This document shows, one piece after another, positions 47,413 through 53,604 of a stretch of DNA of 53,604 nucleotides. This stretch comes from a virus. Taxonomy: Duplodnaviria > Caudoviricetes. Location of the stretch: positions 1 to 53,604 of IMG/VR virus record IMGVR_UViG_3300017782_004909, one strand, 5' to 3'. The position numbers were made by a program, and so were the translations under genes. The notes below the pieces were generated by a model. The model was not told where the DNA came from. It saw only the letters and a program-made list of their open reading frames with translations, and ran no database searches. Numbering within the stretch: position 1 is the stretch's first letter; the number at the start of each line of letters is the position of its first letter.

Positions 47413-48065
47413 GATTCGAAACAAAATTCATCACTACCAAAGTGATCTAGTCCAGGGTTTGATAGATCGTAAGTTCTACCTATCCTGCGGTTACAAATTA
47501 ATTTATAAGTTTGAAAAGCCAAAACATCTTCTTTGTCTTTGTAATATATTGACTTTGCATTAAAGTGTTCGTTTAAATGATTCTTGCAATAATTTAATAT
47601 TTTATCTTCAATTAGACAATCAAAAGGGAGATTGTTATCTTCTATTATAAAAGATATATCACGAGGTAAATCAACAACACAGTTAGAAAAAGTTGTTAAG
47701 TTTTTATGTAAAAACGAATCATAAAAAGGTACAGTATACTGCAAATCTTTTGTAGAATCCCAAGGTCTTGTAATCTTTATGTCTGATTGTTGTGTATAAA
47801 GATTATATAATTCTTTCGCGCCAGAATCACCATTTGCAAAAGCAATCATTTTACTTTCAGATTCTTCGCTATGATCGTCATTATATATAGAGAAACGTAA
47901 TCCAAAACGTAGTCTTTCTCCAAATTTTCTAAAGGCTTCTGGAAAACCCGTCATACTATCTTCAACAAAATAAACCTCTTCAAAGTCTTTTGTTAACTCA
48001 TGTACGTCATCTATTCGTAATATACTTTTACCTATAGATGAATGTGTCTTAAATAGTGGAATCAT
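47370..48065 (-). CDS. Stand-alone PHP domain of Pol III alpha
   Basis: IPLFKTHSSIGKSILRI, VEDSMTGF, FGLRF, AFAN...G.K.L, SIYY: degenerate DnaE N-terminus. Confidence 0.7.
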   Translation of the reverse strand: MIPLFKTHSSIGKSILRIDDVHELTKDFEEVYFVEDSMTGFPEAFRKFGERLRFGLRFSIYNDDHSEESESKMIAFANGDSGAKELYNLYTQQSDIKITRPWDSTKDLQYTVPFYDSFLHKNLTTFSNCVVDLPRDISFIIEDNNLPFDCLIEDKILNYCKNHLNEHFNAKSIYYKDKEDVLAFQTYKLICNRRIGRTYDLSNPGLDHFGSDEFCFESWKNYSDTTLNSAT

Positions 48066-48099
48066 ATCACCAATATAGATGGTAATATTAATTTGTCAA
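48066..48099 (-). promoter_or_regulatory. sigma70-like promoter, probably leaderless
   Basis: TTGACA-N16-TATATT-N6-ATG. Confidence 0.7.
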
Positions 48100-48101
48100 T
48101 A

Positions 48102-48578
48102 CTATATCTTTAATTCTTTGATTAAAATATTATAACAGTCAGATTTAAACTTCCACTTACCATTGCCCCTAGGATCTATCTGCCCTTTTTTACCAAATAC
48201 AGCCTTATCGTAAAAATCTTTCTTTTTCATAAAGCCATAAACATAAGCTACTGTGTTAGATTCGTTGACACCTACAAAACAATAAGCGTCACATTTTTGT
48301 TTGGTATTATAATCAGAAACATTTAAATTCCAATTTTCATTTGGGTGGAATTGGTCTGAAAATTTTTTGGTCTTTATGTCTATTTTGTAATCTTTGATAA
48401 TGGTATCGTAATCATAAGTATTTTCACCTTGACCTTTATAAACATCTTTAACGATAATTTCACCCACTGCTCCAGCAAGATTACCTTCACCTTTTGTGAT
48501 GCTGTTATTTAACTCTTTAAAATCAAAAAGTTTTTTGGCTCTTTCTAGTTGTGATTTTGTAACTATAAATTTTTTCAT
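48102..48578 (-). CDS. PD-(D/E)XK endonuclease-like protein
   Basis: GAVGEII, YDYD, IDIKTK, DAYCFV. Confidence 0.65.
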   Translation of the reverse strand: MKKFIVTKSQLERAKKLFDFKELNNSITKGEGNLAGAVGEIIVKDVYKGQGENTYDYDTIIKDYKIDIKTKKFSDQFHPNENWNLNVSDYNTKQKCDAYCFVGVNESNTVAYVYGFMKKKDFYDKAVFGKKGQIDPRGNGKWKFKSDCYNILIKELKI

Positions 48579-49564
48579 GAATGTTTTGGACAGCCTTTGT
48601 AATATTTTAAAGTATGACTACCGCCTTCTGGCACCATAGATTTTTTGAATTCATTTTGGAAACAAGAAGATACAAAGTTTTTTTCTCTATCGTATATTTG
48701 TACGTGAAAGAAATCAAACTTATATGGACAATGCCACATTAAAGATCCATCTTTTTTCAACTGACCTTTTTCTTTTGCAAAACCGCATTGTAATTTACCA
48801 CCAAAAGAACCATCTTCTGGAAACCCTTTATCGTGTGCAAAGTTAGAATGGGCATCTACTTCGTCAAAGTTTTCTAAATAGTCTTGTATGTTTGCTAGTT
48901 GTATTTCAAAGCCTTCTAAATCTTCTTCATCTAACGGTTTCATTTTCATTAAACCATTTTTATTTAGGTTAAACTTAAGAAATAAAAACTCAGAAGTTCT
49001 ATTTACGTATTCTGGAAACAAGTGTTTGACCGCTAAACAATACATGTAATCTTGAAGGTTGTCTTCCTTTTCTTTACCCTCAAACATTTTTTTACTCGTC
49101 TTATAATCTCTTATGATTGCAATCTTTTTATCTTTGTATAAAAACAACTGGTCTATAAAGCCCCTAATGTGATAACCGTTTTTTTCTATATCAAAATCTA
49201 GTTCTGCATGTGCTTCATCTGGTATACCTAGATCCTCTCCATGAAAATTACAACTTAAACCATTGAGAATCATTTGTTTAATAAGGGTCATGTTATCCTC
49301 ATCAGTAACACCAAGCTCTGTAGCATCAGACATAATTAAGTCCTTAACTGCTTTGGCTGCAAACGGGTCTTTAGCTTTTACAATTTTATTAAATTGAGTT
49401 TTTGTTTTTTGTTTTGATAGGTGTTCAAATACATTATGACAAACAGTGCCTCGTCTAGCTCCGTCATTATTAGTATCTGGTAGTTTTTGAACATATTTAT
49501 TCCAATATATCCAACTACATGATTGCGCAGTTTTTATACGGCTTGCTGATAATTTAACTTCCAT
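48575..49564 (-). CDS. RecB/Cas4-like PD-(D/E)XK exonuclease
   Basis: LSASRI...C, RGTVCH, RGFIDQL, DYKTSK, Q..MY. Confidence 0.8.
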   Translation of the reverse strand: MEVKLSASRIKTAQSCSWIYWNKYVQKLPDTNNDGARRGTVCHNVFEHLSKQKTKTQFNKIVKAKDPFAAKAVKDLIMSDATELGVTDEDNMTLIKQMILNGLSCNFHGEDLGIPDEAHAELDFDIEKNGYHIRGFIDQLFLYKDKKIAIIRDYKTSKKMFEGKEKEDNLQDYMYCLAVKHLFPEYVNRTSEFLFLKFNLNKNGLMKMKPLDEEDLEGFEIQLANIQDYLENFDEVDAHSNFAHDKGFPEDGSFGGKLQCGFAKEKGQLKKDGSLMWHCPYKFDFFHVQIYDREKNFVSSCFQNEFKKSMVPEGGSHTLKYYKGCPKHS

Positions 49565-50585
49565 TTAAAATTTTTATTAGTTTTTTACAATTACCGTTTT
49601 TAGATAACGCCTCAGTATTTTTAATTTTTTGGATTATCCAATCTTGTGTTGTAGAATCACTTAGATTCCATTTGTCTTTTCTTGCGTCCCAAGAAGTAAA
49701 AATGCTTGTATCAGATGGGTTCTTAGATAACATGTCTCCAAAATCATTGGCGAGTGGAGGGTTGATGCATATTTGATTTAAGTCATATATCTGAGCTAAT
49801 TTAGCAACTGTTTTAATTGTAGCAAGCCCACCAGAATTTGTCTCCTTATCTTTATCGTTATTCATAGACACAATCACCTTATTTAAGGAAAAACTATTTA
49901 TATATGAAATTAATTTTGATGAAGCATCTAAACCAAAAGCAACAAGCACGTTTTTAAATCCTGCTTCGTACAAAGCCAAACAGTCACCAACACTTTCAAC
50001 TATAATAATTTCCTTATCAACTTCTAAAAGTTTATTTGGGAATATCCAATCACTTTTGCGACCCATGTGTTTCCATTTTGGTATGTTTTCTCCTTCTATA
50101 ACAGTACGACCAGAAAAGCCATGTATTTGTCCCTCTAAATTAAAAATAGGGAAAACTATTCTGCGATACATTTTACCATTACCAGCGTATCCACATTGAA
50201 ACTTCTTCTGCGTGTCCGCTGAAATATTTTTCTTTTCGTAGAAACTGGTGATAGGTAAAAGTTTTTCTAAATGTGATGTTGGGTAAATTGTTTCCATCTC
50301 TATCTTTTCTTCTTTTGGTGATGACTCGTAACTCTGATTTAAATCTACACTAATATATTTTTTAAGTATTTCGGGGTCTTCTGTTTTAAGTGTTTCTTTA
50401 ACTAAAGCTTGAAAAGGTTTTGCTGTTCCATCTGCACCAAAATCTTTCCAAACACCACTGTCTTTATATATCATAAGAGAAGTTTTTGTTTTTCCACTTC
50501 TATATAAAGCTTGAGCTCTCCAATGGTCGCCCCTATCTTGAAGTTGATAACCTAAATTTTCTAATGTATTTCTATATGTCATCAA
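49554..50585 (-). CDS. DnaG-like DNA primase
   Basis: RRIVFPI, GFSGR, PKWKH, TOPRIM IIVESVGD, NDFGD; directly downstream of DnaB. Confidence 0.85.
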   Translation of the reverse strand: MMTYRNTLENLGYQLQDRGDHWRAQALYRSGKTKTSLMIYKDSGVWKDFGADGTAKPFQALVKETLKTEDPEILKKYISVDLNQSYESSPKEEKIEMETIYPTSHLEKLLPITSFYEKKNISADTQKKFQCGYAGNGKMYRRIVFPIFNLEGQIHGFSGRTVIEGENIPKWKHMGRKSDWIFPNKLLEVDKEIIIVESVGDCLALYEAGFKNVLVAFGLDASSKLISYINSFSLNKVIVSMNNDKDKETNSGGLATIKTVAKLAQIYDLNQICINPPLANDFGDMLSKNPSDTSIFTSWDARKDKWNLSDSTTQDWIIQKIKNTEALSKNGNCKKLIKILNGS

Positions 50586-52089
50586 AAGAAGGTAAATCGT
50601 CTTGATTGGTAATTAAGTCACCACCAGAGTCTCTAAAGGCAATAATGTCTCGAAGGTCTCCGCATTCAGTAATATTAAAGTTCTCAAATTTTAGATTGAT
50701 AAAGTTTCTTCTAAAGGTGTCGCCAACTTGTACGGGTTCGCAAGCTCCTACAATATCTTTACCTAAGTGTCTTGATTTTACATTAATCAGCTTGTGTGAA
50801 CCAAAAGACGAACCATCATCTACAATTTCATCTGTTGTTTTTGCTCTTAATATAAACATATGGGAACAAAATTGAGTGATCCTATCTGAAAGAGAGACGA
50901 TAGACTCATCATCAACAATGTTTTGTGCATTACGATTATTTGTAATACCACTACGATTAGATTGAACTGATGTAATCATTGGTATAACTGGCAATCCGTC
51001 TTCTAGGATTTCTTTTTGTATGCATTTTTTAAATTTATCAACCATTTCTCCAACCATTTGCCACTCCGATTTGTTACTAGATTGTTTGTCAGAAGATGTT
51101 TTAATATAGTCAAAAGAAAAAATCATTTTGTTACCACGACCAACTTTTGAATAATAAAATCTTTTTAAAGTGTTAATCATAGAATCAACATCCAAACCTC
51201 CTACATTGTAATAGTAGAATTTTAAGTTTGATATTTTGTTCCAAACAGATCGAACTTTATTCACCACTTCTTCGCCAGACTGTCTCCATTTACCGCTTTC
51301 TAACAAATAAGAAGGGACGCCAGACATAGCGGCACATTGTCTAATAATCAATTCTTCTTTACTCATTTCACCATTGTCAAAGTGCAGAACGGGAACGTCG
51401 TATTTCAGTGCTACTTTTGTAGCATAGTCCATACAAAACTGAGTTTTACCAACACCAGAACGGGCAACTATAACTGTAATATTACCAGGCCTCAACAATG
51501 AACCATATATCCCATTGACTTTTTCGTGTGGACCCATCATCCCAAACTCTTCTATGGGATTGTTGCCACGCTCCTCGATAAAACTTTCCATTTCATCGTA
51601 AATGTTTTGTGGTACATCATCACCTACTTCAAACAAATTAATTTTTTCATTGTACAGTTGGTCTGCTAGATCAATGATGTCTGTGTAAGAAATATCTGTG
51701 CCTAAATTTTTCATCTTATCTGATATTTGTTTACCAGTCGCAGATATTTCTCTTCGAACACTAAGCTTTTTTAACTCTTTGACAGAAGACTGAATATTGC
51801 CATCTGAATGAATCTTACGCATAGACAAAGATCGGATGTAATCTAGGAGGTTGATATCCTCTTCAAACTTAATACCCAAGTCTTTAATTCTTTGGACAAT
51901 GACAACCTCATCAATGCTTTCACTTTTTTCAAGTGACTTTTTGAGAATCAAAAATAAAGTTTTGTGTAGTAGTGAATTTTTATCATAAAAATCCTTTTCG
52001 CTTAACACATTAATGTAATCAACGAACAAGTTAGGTTTTTGTAAAAATGCAGATAACACCTGCTTTTCTATTTCATAGCTATAAATCAT
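50572..52089 (-). CDS. dnaB: Replicative DNA helicase
   Basis: EKQVLSAFL N-terminus, ARSGVGKT, GEMS, FDYI, QSNR, KSRH. Confidence 0.88.
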   Translation of the reverse strand: MIYSYEIEKQVLSAFLQKPNLFVDYINVLSEKDFYDKNSLLHKTLFLILKKSLEKSESIDEVVIVQRIKDLGIKFEEDINLLDYIRSLSMRKIHSDGNIQSSVKELKKLSVRREISATGKQISDKMKNLGTDISYTDIIDLADQLYNEKINLFEVGDDVPQNIYDEMESFIEERGNNPIEEFGMMGPHEKVNGIYGSLLRPGNITVIVARSGVGKTQFCMDYATKVALKYDVPVLHFDNGEMSKEELIIRQCAAMSGVPSYLLESGKWRQSGEEVVNKVRSVWNKISNLKFYYYNVGGLDVDSMINTLKRFYYSKVGRGNKMIFSFDYIKTSSDKQSSNKSEWQMVGEMVDKFKKCIQKEILEDGLPVIPMITSVQSNRSGITNNRNAQNIVDDESIVSLSDRITQFCSHMFILRAKTTDEIVDDGSSFGSHKLINVKSRHLGKDIVGACEPVQVGDTFRRNFINLKFENFNITECGDLRDIIAFRDSGGDLITNQDDLPSFDDI

Positions 52090-52124
52090 ACAGCATATAC
52101 TGTGTATTTATTTCAAAATGTCAA
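52090..52124 (-). promoter_or_regulatory. sigma70-like promoter, probably leaderless
   Basis: TTGACA-N16-CAGTAT-N7-ATG. Confidence 0.6.
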
Positions 52125-52125
52125 G

Positions 52126-52365
52126 TTATTCTTCTTCAATTTCTTGAGGATCTGTATTATATTCTGTTAAATAGTCGTTTAAGCTCTTCATTAAGCCGTA
52201 TTCTGTAATTTGACTATCGCATTTTGTATAAACAACAGGTGTACCTTTTTCTGTAGAAAAAGCAATGATAAAACCTTTAAAAGCTTCTTTGCCCCCAGTT
52301 AACTCATATAGTTCGTTTAATAATTTGGAGGGTATTTCGAAGTCTTGAAACTTAGGATCACTCAT
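52126..52365 (-). CDS. Acidic hypothetical protein
   Basis: 79-aa ORF preceded by GTGTAA-N8-ATG. Confidence 0.7.
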   Translation of the reverse strand: MSDPKFQDFEIPSKLLNELYELTGGKEAFKGFIIAFSTEKGTPVVYTKCDSQITEYGLMKSLNDYLTEYNTDPQEIEEE

Positions 52366-52373
52366 ATAATGAT

Positions 52374-52379
52374 TTACAC
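52374..52379 (-). promoter_or_regulatory. GTGTAA motif (putative phage late promoter)
   Basis: GTGTAA-atcattat-ATG. Confidence 0.6.
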
Positions 52380-52781
52380 CTACCCTAATAGGTTTTCAAA
52401 ATATTCTTCTGATAATTCGTCATCTGGGTAAATTTCGATCAATTTAATCTGATTTAGTTCACAAAACTCCATTTTTTTGTTGTCTCTGCGTATTTGACGT
52501 ACAAAATTAGCCCTAGTTTTATGAAAATGTTTGACAAATTTAAGATGTTGTGCTCCCTGCACCTCTATGGCTATCTTTTTAGTGTGGTTGTAGAAGTCTA
52601 AGCTAAGTTGCGTGCCTGCAACCTTAAACTCCTCATATACGGCATCGTAGCGCCAATGCTTGTACAAATAAGATCTTACTGTACGTTGGAATTTGCTTCT
52701 ACATTTGCCATTCCATTTGATTTTGTACCTGTGTGGATTCCTAACAGGTTTTTCTTTGCCGTATAAAGTTATAAAATTCAT
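52380..52781 (-). CDS. Vsr/DUF559-like endonuclease
   Basis: LDFY, IAIEVQGAQH, RDNKK..FC...IKLIEI. Confidence 0.75.
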   Translation of the reverse strand: MNFITLYGKEKPVRNPHRYKIKWNGKCRSKFQRTVRSYLYKHWRYDAVYEEFKVAGTQLSLDFYNHTKKIAIEVQGAQHLKFVKHFHKTRANFVRQIRRDNKKMEFCELNQIKLIEIYPDDELSEEYFENLLG

Positions 52782-52812
52782 AAAAAAGCCCTCTCTTATT
52801 ATAGAGAGGGCT
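52782..52812 (-). terminator. Rho-independent terminator
   Basis: agccctctct / agagagggct 10-bp stem followed by a T run on the minus strand. Confidence 0.8.
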
Positions 52813-52826
52813 CGGTTATTTTCAAG

Positions 52827-53537
52827 TTAAAAGTTGAAAGCGACCCCAAAGTCGGCGGTTGATTCCCACTCTCCGTTAGTGCCTTGAGCTGTATTTAAAT
52901 CATTGTTTAGATAATTTAAATTAGCGAACACTGCAAGCTGATCTAGTGTTGTTTGAACACCAATTGTAGCTAAAGTGTAGCTGTAGTCTGTTTCGTATTG
53001 AAATGACTGACCATACTCTAATCCAACTGCAATAGCGAAATGCTCAGTGATGTCTAGGTCTGTTCCCACTGCAATATCTGCTGTATATTGACCACCTTCC
53101 TCTGTTGTGACAGAAACAAGTGAATCGATACCAAACAAGTTTACAGCATAAGAACTAACTAACTCATAAGCATTTACATCATCAATAGAAGTAACGTATA
53201 GTTCTGTAGCAATATCACCGATAAATGTAGAGAGGTTAGTACCAATAGTACCATATAACTCCTCTTCATCAGCCTTTACTTGCTCAATCGAACCAATAAG
53301 TGATAAACCACCAATTACTCCTAATTCTGAAGACGCTTTAACGTATTCTACGTCTGAAGCTCCGTAAAGCCCGCCATCAATACGTTTTTCGTAGTTACCT
53401 ACTTCAACGTCGATATCCCATGACTTCACCGTTTGTTCTAGGTCTTGTGCTTCTGCTTTGCCTCCAAAAAGGAAGAAAGCCGCAATAGCTGCGACAACAA
53501 GTCCCACTTTAATCTTATTATTTTTTAGTATTTCCAT
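52827..53537 (-). CDS. Outer-membrane beta-barrel (porin-like) protein
   Basis: Signal peptide ending AEA, alternating amphipathic strands, C-terminal FGVAFNF with terminal Phe. Confidence 0.75.
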   Translation of the reverse strand: MEILKNNKIKVGLVVAAIAAFFLFGGKAEAQDLEQTVKSWDIDVEVGNYEKRIDGGLYGASDVEYVKASSELGVIGGLSLIGSIEQVKADEEELYGTIGTNLSTFIGDIATELYVTSIDDVNAYELVSSYAVNLFGIDSLVSVTTEEGGQYTADIAVGTDLDITEHFAIAVGLEYGQSFQYETDYSYTLATIGVQTTLDQLAVFANLNYLNNDLNTAQGTNGEWESTADFGVAFNF

Positions 53538-53573
53538 AACTTAAATCAACCCCTACTGAGGGCTAGGTAGCCT

Positions 53574-53579
53574 TTACAC
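53574..53579 (-). promoter_or_regulatory. GTGTAA motif (putative phage late promoter)
   Basis: 36 nt upstream of the beta-barrel ATG. Confidence 0.4.
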
Positions 53580-53604
53580 TAGTTCGGCTATATTTGTTTT
53601 GAAA

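Noticed and set aside
942-50875. Many short antisense or off-frame ORFs inside long genes (e.g. 942..1223, 8292..8708, 29984..30415, 44838..45176)
   Set aside because: Shadows of well-supported genes, with no motifs or initiation signals.
44225-52089. Inteins or introns in dnaE, primase or dnaB
   Set aside because: Motif spacing is normal, with no intein termini or homing endonuclease inserts.
1-53604. Stop-codon reassignment, tRNA genes, or a diversity-generating retroelement
   Set aside because: Genes are long and densely packed under the standard code. I saw no cloverleaf, reverse transcriptase or template/variable repeat pair by eye.

Overview
AT-rich segment of a large tailed dsDNA phage genome. 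It uses the standard code, and I saw no rRNA, tRNA or CRISPR array. The host is unknown. The window has four parts. (1) About 1-13 kb is an early-type region of mostly minus-strand small genes: a DUF932-like fragment, RuvB-like ATPase, pyrimidine-dimer-glycosylase-like protein, lytic transglycosylase, rIIB / HhH glycosylase / rIIA, and holin-like membrane proteins. This part has its own DNA signature: no GATC by manual scan, recurrent phased T-tract motifs even inside genes, and 29-bp palindromes near both ends. (2) A 1574-aa probable virion protein and a divergent lambda-like tail-tip module L-K-I-I-J-(orf)-J with duplicated I and J. (3) Accessory genes: an annealing protein, two glycosyltransferases, a cupin, an ssDNA-binding-like protein, and a coupled ClpA-like / pseudokinase / aminoacyl-protein transferase trio. 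(4) A replication module: DnaE split into PHP, exonuclease and polymerase genes, plus nucleases, primase and DnaB, followed by an outer-membrane beta-barrel gene. Two promoter-like classes are visible, both often placed for leaderless transcripts: TTGACA-N16/17-(-10) and GTGTAA-N8-ATG. All functional calls come from motif recognition by eye; no database search was run.
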